Source of the DNA: Octopus vulgaris
Lineage: Eukaryota
Assembly (NCBI GenBank): GCA_951406725.2
Contig: OX597823.1
Span: forward strand, 21,824,001 to 21,888,000
Direction: 5' to 3'
Length of the DNA stretch: 64,000 bases
This document shows, piece by piece, positions 1 through 14,610 of the stretch (position 1 is the first letter of the stretch; each line of letters starts with the position of its first letter). The position numbers and the translations under genes were made by a program. The notes beneath the pieces are model-generated. The model searched no databases. It saw only the letters and a program-made list of their open reading frames with translations, and had not been told where the DNA came from.

Positions 1-2083
1 TCTCTTGTTAACAATGTTAACACTGACTTACCTAATGAATAATTACTTGTAAAGGTCCTCAGCCTGTTGAATACATTTCCTAAGGCATTAGGTCAGTTTT
101 GAAGCAAAGACATGTCTGGTTGATCAAGTGGACACTAGCATGTCGTTGGTACACACACGATTTGAACTTGGAATGAAGAGGGATGAGTAAATACTGTACA
201 AAATTGAACCATTCTCATACTCTACTGTTTCAACTCTAGTTAGAGCAGCCCCTCTTTTTCTCATGCCTTTTTTAATGGCATCTAATTAGCAATAACTACT
301 CGGTTGTTACAGCAATGCTCGCTCTTCTTGTGCTATCCGTTCAGTACTGCTTTTTTATTTGTGTGGGAGTAAGATGCAAACATACTGGTTGTGGCAGCAG
401 TTACTACTGGCGATATTTAATAATGACTGAATTATCTATTTGGCGAGTGAAAAATATCTACTGACGAACATTCAACAACTAAGCGTTGTTAGCCAGATTG
501 TTCTAGAAGTGATTACTGTTTTCACATAAATCCTCCTCTCTCTCTCTCCCTCCCTCCCTCTCTCGTTCAAGCATTTGTTTCAAGAAGAAAAATACAATAG
601 AAATTTAGTTTTTTTATCTTTTTAAATCGTATTTTTATTTTTAAATGTATTTATCACTTTGCTTGCTTATTTTGGTAAAACTTTTATAGTAACCTCCATT
701 ATTTTTAGGTAACCTGGCTAGTCTTTGCACAACTCAATGTATAAAAATTGAATTAAATAAAACCAGAGGATGTGCTGGACTATTTGCTACATGGCTGTTG
801 GTTCAAATCTTGCTTATATCATTATGCTGTGCCCCTTTTTGCTTCAGTTTGTGTGACTGACAAAAAGAAAAAGCAAAAAAAAAAAAAAAAAAAGAATCCA
901 AGCCTAACCATGAAGGTAGACAATATCCAGCTTCGTAAATAAAATCAATCCGACAATTAAACTATCTTATTCATGCGTTGTTGGTTTATTTGTTGTGACC
1001 TGAACAATCCACACATATCAAATCCGATTGCTGGTGAGCTGTCATCAAGGTCGTCTGTCCCCACTGACCCCAAATGAACATGCTCTGCTACAAGTATTGA
1101 GTACTTTTCCCACTTTGTAAACTGAAATGTGTGTGTGTATTAATTTTAGCAAATTACGTTTATATTTGTATTTGTGCGTACACCCACACATACAGATAAT
1201 TCTTAAAAATTGATTTTTTTGGATTTTTTTTTTTGTTGTTATTTACATCTAAGAAAATGCATTTTTCATCACACAGGTGTATTTTTATCCCTGTTAGATG
1301 CAGCAGTGATATTAGTTGATAAAGCAATGAACCACAATAGCCCACTTATGCAGGGGAAAATGATGCATTTCCGCTATTTGTGTTATGAAATTAACAAAAT
1401 TGAAAGCTATTTAATAACTATTTGAAAAAGAATTAAGAAAATGAAACAAATTTTTAGCTATGTCTTGAAAAAAATTTTTTTTTTTTAATTGCTTGAATAC
1501 ACACTGAATTATTTAAGATTAGTCTTAAGAATTATAACATTTATACATGTTTTAAATTTTAAGTCTGTCCTTAATCTTCCATAGAAAGAACTGCTTAGAA
1601 TTGGTTCCATTCCTAAGTGTTTTACTGTAGTGATATCATCTAGGACCACTAGAAAAGAAATTACTCATTAAGGAAGCCGTATTATAGTAGTTGTAGAATA
1701 AATACTTCCTAGTTTGTCTTTAGTAAGGCTTCTCCGAATTTGTGCTTTCAGTTCATCTTCACTCCAAAGTTTTTTTTAAGTTATCCTCACTTCTTTATTT
1801 ACTTAATTCATAGAAGCCTCCACTTGTGCAATTGAGTTGGGTTCATAAAATTTTATACTCTGGTTATAGTGTTATACACTAATGTGCATTTTTTTTGGTA
1901 TTTGTTTCTTTTTATAAAAATTCTGGCTTGTGGCTGGTTGTTGTTTAGCCATAATGGTCATTTCTAATCCAGCAGACCAATGATCAAGCATATTCCAACT
2001 CCCATCAACTTTTCTTTTATTCAGATAATATATCCAAGGCTACATTACATTGTATCCATTTTATTTTTGTTTTTGTTAGTAGT

Positions 2084-2244
2084 AGGCATAGGAGTGGCTG
2101 TGTGGTAAGTAGCTTGCTTACCAACCACATGGTTCTGGGTTCAGTCCCACTGTGTGGCATCTTGGGCGAGTGTCTTCTACTATAGCCTTGGGCCGACCAA
2201 AGTCTTGTGAGTGGATTTGGTAGACGGAAACTGAAAGTAGCCCG

Positions 2245-2286
<42 letters not shown>

Positions 2287-2492
2287 TTGTATGTCCGTGT
2301 TTTTCCCCCCAACATCGCTTGACAACCTATGCTGGTGTGTTTACATCTCTGTAACTAAGCAGTTCGGCAAAAGGGACCGATAGAATAAATACTAGGCTTA
2401 CAAAGAACAAGTCCTAGGGTCGATTTGCTTGACTGGAGGTGGTGCTCCAGCGTGTCTGCAGTCAAATGACTGAAACAAGTAAAAGAAAAAAG
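2084..2492 (+). mobile_element. SINE family A (tRNA head, CORE-like domain, internal TA/TG microsatellite)
   Basis: ggagtggctgtgtggtaag...ggttcagtccc...cttgggcgagtgtcttc. Tail gactgaaacaagtaaaag. Recurs more than 10 times in the window. Confidence 0.88.
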
Positions 2493-4139
2493 TGTTATTT
2501 GAAGGTGATTTGGCTTTTGTGTATTGCAAATCAAGCTTAGTCTTTCTCATAGTTAGTAGAGTAGATAGACCTGTTGGCTGAAATGGTAGAGCAACAGCCT
2601 TGCTTTCTTAGAATATTTATTGGGTTTCATTACTTCACATCCTCAAATCCTATTTAAATCAATCAAAATAAATACTTGGAATTTATCAAATTATTCAGTT
2701 ATACTACTATCTTTACAAAGGGATAAAATATTGGCTTTTTTTTTTTTTCTTTTCCTTTTTTTTTTTTAAAAATCAAAATTGCTCTTGACTACCAAACTTC
2801 ATTTATTTCAACAGAATTTCTGATCAAATTCATTCTTAGAAATATACAAGAAAGGAGTGTAAGAACCATAAATTACTAACGGTGACCCTTGATGGTACTG
2901 TTAAATCATTAAGGATCGTCTCTAGATAATTATGTAATTACTGTAGCTGGAAATGTTTTGCAATACAAGCCATTGAGGAAGCCACTACATGATTGTTCAA
3001 CATGCTAGAAATAGCTACATCACTTTCAGATCACACTCTTCTGTTTAGAAGGATTTCTTGTATAACAGTGTAAGATAAACTATTTGAAAAGATTGGATGT
3101 CCACACCTGCAGTCTTGAGATCTCGAGTTGACTGATCTGAGGTAGAATGTTCTCTTTCTGTAGCTACAGAGTTTGAGGCACCATCTGTGACAGTTACTAC
3201 AGCTGTCAACTAAATAGGTTTTCTTTTTTTGATGTATTACTCAAAGTTAATGTTGCCATTCCAAACAACATTTGGAAAATTAGTCTGTTGTTGTTTACAG
3301 TATTGGAAGTGTTTGCTAGCCTGTTCTTGCCATTCTTAGACAAGTGTTAGGCATATCTAAAGAAAGTGAGACTCAATATGATGAAGCTCTGTTTGTTGGA
3401 AACCTGTTACTTAACTGTTGAGCTAATCGGTTATTACATTATTGGCAATGTTGGTGATTATTAAAACTCATTTTGCATGAGCTCTTGATTCTAAGTGCGT
3501 TCACTCTTTAACATTCATAATATCCATGGTGTTAGACATAGAAAGAGTGAATGTAGTAATTATATGGATATATCTCTGTATGGTATTAGGGTGTGTGTTT
3601 GTAATATGGGAAAATGATGGAATTAAAAAAAAAAATTGTGATTTGCTGGGAGATTTTGTTGCTTCCAAAGGTCAGGTCAACAATGCAGTGTGTGACAAAT
3701 TTTTTCAAAGACGATTGCTTTTAAAGTGGTCCCGTTTAGCCAGTTTGATGTAGAACATGGCAGCTGAAGATGATTGAAGAAATTTTATGAATTGAAATGT
3801 AGTATAAATGAAAACCTACAAAGTGAGGTGACCTTGTTGAATCTGTATTTCTCTGGTATAATCCATTACCTTATTGTATAGGAAATTCAGAGACGTAGGT
3901 AGTAAAGTGGTTGTACTTAATGAAATATTAGTTATTAAACAGCTCTGGTCTTCAGATCTTGGAAATTCTCACCTTCTATCTTGTTCATTGATTTGTATGA
4001 GGCTAAAGTATATTTTAAACGAGCTCCTATTGAACTGTCGCCTCAACTTTCATTGTGTGAAAGCTTTATCATTGCAAACTGCTCATTGCAGCAGCTGTGG
4101 ACTATATATTTATTATCTAATTTTTATTGCTCACCCATT

Positions 4140-4382
4140 CTCTCTCTTTGTTTACATTACTCTCCGTCTCTATCTTTCTGTCTGTGTCTCTTTTCCTGTC
4201 TTTCTCTCTCCCCCTTCTCTCTTTCCTCCCCTCTCTTTCCTCCTCTCTCTCTTTCCCCCGCTCTCTCTTTTCCCCTCTCTTCCCCTCTTTCTTTCCACAC
4301 TCTCCCTCCTTTCCTTGTCCACCCTCTTTCTCTTTCCTTGTCCACCCTCTCTCTCTTTCTTTGTCCATCTCACTTTCCCTGT
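4140..4382. repeat. Pyrimidine-rich (CT) low-complexity tract
   Basis: Nearly pure C/T on the + strand, with three ttgtcca(c/t) repeats. Explains the overlapping spurious ORFs at 3874-4623. Confidence 0.85.
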
Positions 4383-4652
4383 CTCAGAAACGTCTCCTAG
4401 AATACATGACTGTCTTTTCCATTCCAGCACCTATTTCCTTCTGCAATTGAGGTTGCTGAAGCTGGCTTTAGTTACTTTGAACTTGGGTGTATATATGAGA
4501 CTGGAATATATACAATTTCTTTTTAAACTGTTAAGGTGTTTAATATGGTTTTCCCCAATAACCTATTTACTAAACTTGGTTAAAAATGTATTAAGCTTGT
4601 GTTTAAATTCTCTTAACACATAATGTATTGACAAAATGATTATCCAACTTGT

Positions 4653-4851
4653 TTAACCCTTTCATTACTGTATTTATTTTGAGATTCTCTTTTTTTCTCT
4701 CAATTATTTTAAATATAACAAAGAATTTAGTAAAATAACTTAGTTATCATTAATCTAATGTTAGGAATTTTAATTCAAAACTTATGAAAACAAGACATTT
4801 GTACTAGAGAGCCAGAGCCGGTTTCAGCCAGGTTAGTAACAAAAGGGTTAA
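4653..4851. mobile_element. TTAA-type (piggyBac-like) MITE
   Basis: Termini TTAACCCTTT ... AAAGGGTTAA. Confidence 0.7.
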
Positions 4852-4942
4852 ATGTTGATTTAATGACTCTTTTGTGAAAAGAGTCTACTCCTAAATTCTT
4901 TGTCTTGGTGCCTTTGATTTAGGGGTTATTTGTTAAAGTGAA

Positions 4943-5160
4943 GGTAGTGAGCTGGTAGAATTGTTACTCAGGCAAAGGCTTAGCGGCATTTCTTTTTGCT
5001 CTTTATTTACATTCTGGGTTTAAATGCTGCTGAGGTCAGCTTTGCCTTTCATCTTTTGGGGATTGATAAAATAAGTACCAGTTTAGTACTAGGGTTGATG
5101 TTACTGACTTCTCCACTACCCCTAGAATTACTGGTCTTGTGTCAATAACAGAAGGCATTA
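4943..5160 (+). mobile_element. SINE family B, diverged (tail type 2)
   Basis: aaggtagtgagctggtagaa...gcctttcatcttttggggattgataaaataagtaccag. Confidence 0.7.
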
Positions 5161-8100
5161 TCAAAGTGTATGTAACCTGGCCAAACAAGTGATGCTCTGT
5201 GTTAACAAAAAAAAATTCAGGTTTGTGAAATTGTTTGCATTTCATGAGACTGAAGAAAAAATTCTTTTACTTCTAAGAAGGGCCTCTGGTTGAAACATCA
5301 GAACTCATGCTCCCCCCCACACACACACACTGACAATATTTGGCAGTGGGCAACATTTATCTATGCCGTATCCATATGGCCAATATGTTTGGACTCATGT
5401 TGCTAAACAGATTCAAAGGGGAGGTGCAGCTTACTGCTATAATCAGCTGGTTCTCAAAACTTATAATACTTGTTTTGTTGTTCTGCAGTGCAGAAGTCAG
5501 TGTTGATCTGTTCAATTAGGAAAACTGTCAAATCACTCTGTCATACTTACATTGGGTAAATAAATATTGGTTGATTGAGTAGACTTAGTGTTAATAGATG
5601 AAGAGGGTTTAAGAAATGAAGTAAAATAGATTTTCTGCTTTTAAATCGATGCACAGATTTTTTAGATGACCATGTATATTTTTGTTCTTTAGCTCTAAGC
5701 TCTTAAGTGAAGATCTGTGATCAAAGACCTTGTTTACCCAGACTACTTTATCCAATGTTTTTATATGGTAGAGTGTGATTCAAGGGATTTTTTGAGTGAT
5801 ATTTTTAGCAGGTTGAGAGATCTCACAGAGGCTCTTTAGTTAGCTTGTGTTTTGTGTTGATAATTCTGTTGTGAAATATAAACAGTAAAAGTAGAGTACT
5901 TGTAAATCTTTAGTTGTTGATGTAGTGGTTTGTGGTGGTAAATATCAAATAGCTGTTAGTTTGTTTTGTGACTCTGGTCACTGCTTTCGTATGGTGGTCA
6001 GGTGAGATTTAGGGATGATAACTGTGTGAGAAGAAGGCTCGAAAGTATTAATAACGATTGACAGGTAGGTGTAAGGTAATGAGATCAGCTCTTAAAATGT
6101 TAGCTTTTATGGATGAAATAAGAGTGGGCAGGGTGTTGATATATTAGTTTTGGTGGGGGAGGGGAGTATGTTACTGTACAAGACCCATCAAATGATAAAT
6201 AGTGATCACAATGATAGTGATAAGTTACTGTTGCCTGAAATTATTTTCTTTATAGAAACATTGACATGCTGATATGAAAGTTTACCTTTGGCCTAAGACA
6301 TGATAAAATGCTTGTTACTCAGAAGAAAATATACTTACCAAGTCTTGTGACCTTGTTAGTTACCCATCTGGGAGTAAAAAATCAAGCATTAGATTTATCT
6401 CTGCTTCTCTGAACACCTACTTACTCCTTCACCTATTTATTTAATCAATTTAAGCTTTGTATAAAGCTGGTAAACCACGACAAGACTGAGAAAGGTAAAT
6501 ATTGATTGATGATGGATCTCTGTCAGTTGAGGACAAGGATTCAGTTTTAACAGTTGAATTATCCACTCATTTAATTAGCATATAAATTGGACAAGCATTC
6601 AACAGACATATGCACCCTTAATTTTGTTCTTAAGCAGAATCAGTGTGGTACAGTTTGTGTCAGTGTTGTGTCTTTAAATTAGTTACAATCCATTCTACAA
6701 ATTTTTCTACAGTTTATGGCTGCCCAGTTTTACTCGCATGTACCTGTCAACCCAAGATTATAGAAAAGGACGCTTGCCTTAGATGCCACATGGTGAGATT
6801 GGACCATGAACCTTGTTGATGCATGCAAAGTGAACTTCTTAAACCATTCAGCCATACTGTACTTATAGTATAGTACATTGTCCCTTGTATATATTAAAAA
6901 ATAACTGTAAAAGGAGAAAGTACAAATAAAGAAGAGATGTTTTTGTTTAATTTTTTTGTAGCTTCCATGAATTGGAAGAACCTACTTATGGTTGGTAAAT
7001 CCTTTTTGTGGTTGGTGATATGTCACCTTTGTAGTCTTTTCAATGCCATAAGATTTGTGAAAAGTCTCCAAGATCTTACGGAGCATTCCAAATGACTTGT
7101 AGAATGTAGTTAAAAGGAATATGGCCCATTCAATGCCAGCAAAGTCTTTAACCTTACTCAGTCAGCATCTGATAATGTTTTATACATTGATAAATCTAAG
7201 ATAATGGAGGATTAATGTTTAATAGTTTATATCTTGATTCTTCTCAATATTTTTTCCATCTTTGACTAATTATGTTTTTGTTGAATGATTTGAATTGGGA
7301 TAAATTTGGAATACAGCCTTTATCTATTTCTTTTTCTCTTTTTTATTCCTCTTGTTTTTAATTCTTTCTTGCTTCCCTTAATACTTGTGCCACCGGGTGT
7401 CCAAATCTTTGTTACTTGTTTATTATTTTTCGCTAAATGTCTATTTTTAGAAGAATATTCTAAATTTTATTGATTCAGCTTCAGATTTCATAAACTATTG
7501 GTAAATAGAAAATCCTTTTTTTCATATATCACTTACTCAAAATCTAGATATCATTCCTCACTACTCTGCATGAAATAGTACAAAAATTATAATGCAGTCT
7601 GAATTTCATATTTGTATTTTGGAAGGTCCAGGTTGCCCAACATCCTGTTCCATTGTCTGAATGTGACACATCAGTATAAATGAACCAGTTGTCAGAACAG
7701 TTTACATCATGCTCTCATATCCTCCTTCAACTAATCAATATTTGTGCTCCCTCCTTTAAGCACCCAGTCGCCCATTCTGTATCTGGCTATTCCTTCTCAG
7801 GAATGATGCCCTCTTTAACTCTATCCATATATATTTCATCTACAAAAACCATATTGATGTAATGTTAGCTTTAGTAACCTCTCTGAGACATTTTTAAAAG
7901 GTTGGTTATTGGGTCTCCTTTTGGAACTAAGACAAATTTTGAACTTATTCCTGTAACTGAGATGGTAAGCTGCTCCTCTTGGCAACCACTGCAGATTTAG
8001 GATTTGGAACATATTTTCCACTCCCATTTTAAAAATCCAACCCTTGTCATGTAAGCCTCTGATGAAAGACATTCCGGCCATGACCTTCATACTCCCCATT

Positions 8101-9874
8101 TTCACATGTTTAGTGAGTATTTCTAATCTTAATTTGTCCTTTGAGAGTTTCTCTTTCTCCCTCTTTAACACATTAGTTCCTCATCTACTTAGTTTAAATA
8201 CACAGAACGTATTTTCCAATAAATCCTCGATTAGTGTATGTATAAAAAAATAAGTTCATATGAAGGCAGTGCTTCAATGTGGCTAATTATCTCACACCCA
8301 CCAGTAATGTCACTGAAATTCCTGTACAATATAACGTGTATCTGAATATATTTTTTTAAACATGTTTTTTTTCCCCCCTTTCTAATTTATCATTCCATTC
8401 TAATTCATCCTTGTATGGACTATACCAATGTCAATTTGCTTTCATTGTACCAGATTCCTCATCCTGCTGTGTTTCCCCCCCTCCTTTAAATAGATGCCAT
8501 TAACATGTAATTCTCCCCCTTCTCATAAACCTACTATTTGTAAGTTATGGGAAATGTGTCATCTGAAGCAAATTTTTTTTTTTTTTTTTTATGTACACCT
8601 CCAGCCCTACTCCTCTCTCTGCTTGATACCATGTCAACTGTGTTCTCTTGCTGTCAACATGCTGTTGATGCCATTTCCTTTGATATTTAGACTTGTCACC
8701 TTTCCTTTTCTAGCCACTGAGTTATCCAGTTAGCCAAATGATCCACAATCCACAAAGAAATAGAAAACGCTTATCAAGTTAACTTTTTATGACCTGCTGC
8801 TGTATTTCTTAAACCTAAGTACTGTAGTTAAGCTAAATATATATATATATATATATATTTCTGTTACTGGTGTCAATGTTGGTATTGTAGTCATTCTGGG
8901 GTGTTATTTGTAAGTGCATAGTCTGATATTTAATCAATCCCTGTTCAGAATAGTTAAATGTTTTTGTTATAAAGGGAGTTAACTCAAAATGTAAATTCTA
9001 AAAAGTATTTTTTTACCCACATATAATGTACAATAGGATTATTATAAAATGCTGGTGTAATTTTAATTTGAATAATTGTATGTGCAGAAAGGATAAAGAA
9101 TAGAATTCATTACATTTTAAAACAGATTAAGACAGATTTATTCCTAATAATAACTTTTGGCATAACCTATCATTACCATGTATACAAAATTTGATGTGTT
9201 CTTGAAGTTCTACAAATATGTTTGGCATCTAATTTCCAGTTACATCCTGAATTACATTAGTTATTCCTAGCCTGAAAATCATCTCTTGAATGAGGTTTAG
9301 TTGAATTAACTTCCATTTTTACATATGAAGTTGAAAATGTATGTTAAAAATAAATAATAGAGATATCCATTTTCTAAATATTCTTTATAGATTAATTTTA
9401 TCATTTACAGAAATAGTTACAAAAATTTAAAATTGCATTAAGATTTAATTATGACTCTGTGTTATATATCATTATTATTCATTTTAACATCCAATTTTCC
9501 AAGCTTGCCTCGGTTGGACAGGAACTGATTGGAAGCAGGACTTTATGGTCAGTCTTCCTGTCATTAATGCTAACTTGGTTTGCAAGTCAGGGATTTTATT
9601 TATTCACAGGACTTTGAAGGTGCAAGGCAAATGGTTGTCCTGTTCTTCAGAAATGTAAACATTCCCATATTGTGTAAACAGTGACAAGCAAAAAGTTCAA
9701 CATACACATACATTTGGACCAGCGTACACATACGCACTCATTTATTTTTATCATATTCACTTGCAGATCATCTGCCTGTCTGGGACTTTCATAGGGGTAC
9801 ACTTTCCCTAAGTGTTAAGCTGTAGTTAGAAAGTGAAATTCTTTATCATACAGCCCTACATATATACATACTTA

Positions 9875-10235
9875 TAGCACTAGTGTGATTGTTAAGAAGT
9901 TTGCTTCTCGGCCACATGGTACCAGGTTCAGTTTCACTGTGTGACACCTTGGGCAAATATCTTATGCTATAGCCTTGGATTAACCAAAGCCTTGTGAGTG
10001 GATTTGGTAGGTGTAAACTAAAAGAAACTCGTGTGTATGTGTGTGTTCCCCCATCAACACTCGACAACTGGTGTTGGTTTAGTTCTCTGTACCTCATTGG
10101 CTCGGCAGAAGAAGCCAATTGAATAAGTCCCAGGCTTTAAAATTAAGTCTTGGGATCAATTCACTTGACTAAAATTCTTCAAGGTGGTGGCCCCAGCATT
10201 CCCGCAGTCAAATGACTGAAACAGAAGATAAAAGA
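9875..10235 (+). mobile_element. SINE family A, diverged
   Basis: ggttcagtttcactgtgtgacaccttgggcaaat...gtcaaatgactgaaacag. Confidence 0.75.
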
Positions 10236-10674
10236 TTTCATATATATATATATATATAAAAACGAACACACACACACAAACAAATAGCATGCTTAATGTA
10301 TGCACACCATCAATAAGTCAGTTACTGCAGTATTTGCCTTGAGATAGCATCTCTTATGGATCACTATTCATTAAATCAGTGAATATTTTATTCACATTTT
10401 CCTGTATCAGAGATGATGAATTTTTGTTGAAGCATGTGACTGGCTGTGTGTATACACCATTGAAAAGGCCAGAAAGGCCATAATACATCTCGCACCCTTG
10501 CTGACTAATGCTGCTGGGATGGATTTTTATCTCTCTTATATTTGTGTTTTTAACTCAGTAAGTCCTTAAAAGATACTATCTCGGGGCAAATTCTGCAATT
10601 GTTGGCCTATCAACTGTGTATACATTAAGTGCATTACATAGATGGTTATTTTAATTTAACACTGCGCTAACATA

Positions 10675-11045
10675 TCTTTTATCTTTTACTCACTTTAGTC
10701 ATTAGACCACGGTCATGCTGGGGCAGTATCTTGAATTTTAGTCAAATGAAATTCTTCCCGTATTTTTTTTTTAAGCCTGGTGCTTATTCTATCAATCTTT
10801 TGCTGAACCACTTCGTTACAGGGACATAAACACACCAACTCCAGTTGTAAAGTGGTGGTTGGGGAACACATACATATATACTCACACACACACACACACG
10901 GCAGGTTTCTTTCAATTTCCATCTACCAAATCCACTTTCAAGGCTTTAGTTGGATCAACACTATAGTGAGACACTTGTCCAAAGTTCCACGCAGTGGGAC
11001 TGAACTCTGAACCATGTGGTTGGGAAGCAAACTTCTTACTACAAA
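10675..11045 (-). mobile_element. SINE family A, diverged
   Basis: Reverse complement of the family A consensus. Confidence 0.75.
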
Positions 11046-11196
11046 GGGATGCCTCTTCTATATCTGCGCCTCAAATTCTAAACAATAAACTCTTTCTTGC
11101 ATTGAATAATTTTCCTCTAGTTTGTAAGTACAAATTATATGCTGCATCCTGGTGTGCAATTTCTGTCTATCAAATTTCACTCCTAAGACATTGGTT

Positions 11197-11400
11197 CTCT
11201 TTACTCTTTTACTTGTTTCAGTCATTTGACTGCGGCCATGCTGGAGCACTGCCTTTAATCGAGCAACTCGACCCCGGGACTTATTCTTTTGTAAGTCCAG
11301 TACTTATTCTATCGGTCTCTTTTGCCGAACCGCTAAGTAATGGGGACATAAACACACCAGCATCGGTTGTCAAGCAATGCTAGGGGGACAAACACACACA

Positions 11401-11439
<39 letters not shown>

Positions 11440-11604
11440 ACGACGGGCTTCTTTGAGTTTCCGTCTACCAAATCCACTCACAAGGCTTTGGTCGGCCCAA
11501 GGCTATAGTAGAAGACACTTGCCCAAGGTGCCACGCAGTGGGACTGAACCCGGAACCATGTGGTTGGTAAAGAAGCTACTTACCACACAGCCCCTCCTGC
11601 GCCT
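11197..11604 (-). mobile_element. SINE family A, young full-length copy
   Basis: CpG-retaining. Near-identical in reverse to 50295-50697. Confidence 0.9.
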
Positions 11605-13509
11605 ATTCAATTCTGTGGTGAAATGCAATTGTTTTCAAGGTGAATTTCATGACCACATAACCAACTTAACACTTAGGTCTTTTGTTTCGTATGTGCATTG
11701 TTTTCAGATTTACAAATGAAGGTGACATGGTTATATACTCTATAAGTTAAATCTATCTGGTTTCATACTGATTCTAATATTGTACCCAGTTGTAAACGGT
11801 GCTTGTTTTCTGTGAATGCAGGTAGTGGCAAGTTATATATGGGCTGTAGTAAACTCTCAATTCAAGGCCATGCAACTTTAACTTCAGTTATTTTGTACTC
11901 ATAGACTTGGCTGTCCTCTCTTAGTCTGCAAGAGTAAGGAGGAGTGATGGCAGTATAAAGTAATTACACATAGTTTATACACTTCAAATTATATGAGGAA
12001 AACCAATGATTACTGACCACGATGTCTTGGAGTGTAGGTTTCGTTTGTTACATCAGTTAGATCTTTAGGAAGTGCAGTATTTTGATAGGTAAATTAGCTC
12101 TAGAGCAATGTGTTGCATATTCATAATACTTCTCTAGCTTTAGAGGTAATCTTTTTTTTACTAGGCACTTAATTCTGTTTGCAATATTGCTCATCCTTCT
12201 GAAGACACATGGGGACACCTTACCAATTTGCAACAGCTATAATCTGCTTGATCATCTTCTTTGAGTCTGTATGCCATTGTGTAAGCAAATACTAACCTAT
12301 TTTCAGTTTCAAGTAAAAGTATAAATGCCAATCAATGGCTAATTTTGGTTTCTATGTGTGAAATAATGTCTGGACAAATATAATGCTCTAGTCAAACATT
12401 TTCTCTCAAATTAGACTTGAACTGATAAAATAGTAAAGGAAATATTGGGCCCTGCACCACAGGACTAGTTCTGCTTTCAATCTCATTACATGAAACAGTG
12501 TTTACCACATTGAATTTTCCCCAAATTCATTCGTTGCTATTATGTTAAACTGTGATATTCCAAATTTAGCCAAATGCATTTTTTTTTATTCAATATTTAT
12601 TTTTGCTTGCAATAGCTGGTTCTTTTGGTCAAACTATTGTATCTCCAGCTGTTTCATATGACAAGATATGAAAAATTGTCAAAGTGTAGTACAACAGTTT
12701 TGCTATGGAATGGTGAAACTATATTTTGTTTTCTGAAAAAGCCACCTTTTGGACTTACGACCCGTTTGCATAATAGCAACGATATGAATTTGAGAATAAA
12801 TGTTTTTGTGCATGTATAAGGCTTGAATTTAGGTTAGGAGACATGTAAATGTTTGTGTCATGTATAAAGACTTAATATACATGTTTGCTGTACTTGTTAC
12901 CACCTACACTTGAAACCATATTACTGATACCAAACTGTTTTTGATTGTACCTTCCTTCCCTCACTATCCTTTCCTGGAATCTTAAAATCCAAAATAAAAG
13001 TTTGCAACCAATTTTTAATTATTAGTTGACTGTTTTGTTTTAAGACAGTAATTCACGCAATTATGTTCATTAAAGTTTATTTCTAACCCAAAATATAAGC
13101 AATTGGAAAAATCCTGATTCATTGTTTGTCACGTTAGTCATTTCTCCACCACTGGCAGGGATTGAACTGCCACACAGCACCCATTCTTGATTTGGTTCAT
13201 GAAGGTGTGTGACTCAGTGGTTAGGGTATTTGGCTCCTGATTATAACCATATATGGTTATGAGTTTGATTCAGAACACTTTTTCACTGAATAATGTATCA
13301 TCAAGTCCAAACTCAATCTTCTTGCCTCTGATGTATCTTCATTTGTATATAGTATTGGGTTTTTAGAACTGCAGAAAGAGACTCAAATTTAGAATATTTT
13401 TTTCTGTTGTATTTTATAAAAACTTGACAAAATGCTGAGTCACTGGTCTCTGACCACCAGCATAATACTTCTTGAAGTTTATTGGTAAAGTTAATTTACC
13501 TGGATAATT

Positions 13510-13670
13510 CTTTTCTACTCTAGGCACAAAGCCCAAAATTTTTGGGGAGGGGCCCAGTCGGTTAGATCAACCCCAGTTTGCACTGGTACTTAATTTATAA
13601 ACCCCGAAAGGATGAAAGGCAAAGTCGAACTCGGCAGAATTTGAACTCAGAATGTAAAGACAGATGAAAT
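13510..13670 (-). mobile_element. SINE family B, 5'-truncated (tail type 2)
   Basis: ttctactctaggcacaaagccc...ccccgaaaggatgaaaggcaaagtcga. Confidence 0.8.
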
Positions 13671-13775
13671 TTGTTCTTTTTTTACAAGCAGAATTATATA
13701 AAAATATAGGTTAACTTCAGTTTTTATAACTACTATTTTGTGTATTCACTGTTATTACTTATTTCTTCCCAATTT

Positions 13776-14013
13776 TATTTCTTTGCTGCCCCCAAGGGGC
13801 TACACACAGAGGGGACAAACAAGGACAGACAAACGGATTAAGTCGATTATATCGACCCAGTGCTAACTGGTACTTATTTAATTGACCCATCCCCCCCAAA
13901 AGGATGAAAGCCAAAGTCGACCTTGGCCGAATTTGAACTCAGAATGTAGCGGCAGACGAAATACCGCTAAGCATTTCGCCTGGTGTGCTAACGTTTCTGC
14001 TAGCTCACCGCTT
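13776..14013 (-). mobile_element. SINE family B, full length (tail type 1)
   Basis: tatttctttgctgcccccaagggg...tctgctagctcaccgc. Confidence 0.85.
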
Positions 14014-14084
14014 TTCTTCCCAATCTTGTTACAGATCAACCATCAGCATGGTGAAATGCTCGGATCACTGTTGACATAACTCTA

Positions 14085-14610
14085 TTTCTTTTATCTTTCA
14101 CTTGTACTGCAGCCCTGCTGGGGCAGTACCATGAAGGGCTTTGGCCAAATAAATCAACCCTTGTACTTAGTTTTTTAAAAGCCTGGCACTTACTCCCTTA
14201 GCCTTTTTTGTCAAACTAAGTTACAGAGACATACACAAACCAACACTGGTTGTCAAGTGATGTTGGGAGGCAGACACAAATATGACATACACACACACAC
14301 ATACATAAAGTGGGCTTCTTTTTCTTCCTGTCCACTGAATCCACTGACAAAGTTTTGGTCAATGCTGGTGCCATGTAAAATGCATCCAGCACACTCGGTA
14401 AAGTGTTTGGCGTTAGGAAGGGCATCCAGCCATAGAAATCAAGCCAAATCAAACTAGAACCTGGTGCAGCTCTCTGGCTTGCCAGCTCTGGTCAAACCAT
14501 CCAACACATGCCAGCATGGAAAACAGCCATTAAATGATGACGTTGATGTAGTAGACACTAGCCTGAGGTGTCACACTGTGGAACTGAACCCAGAACCATG
14601 TGGTTGGGAA
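14085..14610 (-). mobile_element. SINE family A interrupted by a + strand family C repeat (about 14362-14548)
   Basis: Family A halves flank tgctggtgccatgtaaaatgcatccagc...ccatccaacacatgccagcatggaaaacagccattaaatgatg. Confidence 0.7.

Noticed and set aside
3874-4623. 249-aa ORF and overlapping ORFs
   Set aside because: Driven by the CT-rich low-complexity tract, with no recognisable domain.
6950-8270. Possible decayed L1/Tx1-like LINE on the minus strand (111-aa ORF at 7836-8171)
   Set aside because: I could not read diagnostic RT or endonuclease motifs with confidence. Similar unassigned decayed segments lie at about 3300-4070, 32100-33300, 49600-50200, 56700-57000 and 63480-63800.
10994-11719. 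Recurring peptides such as FQSFDCGHAGA and LPNPLTRLW in many ORFs
   Set aside because: Translations of SINE family A copies, not a gene family.
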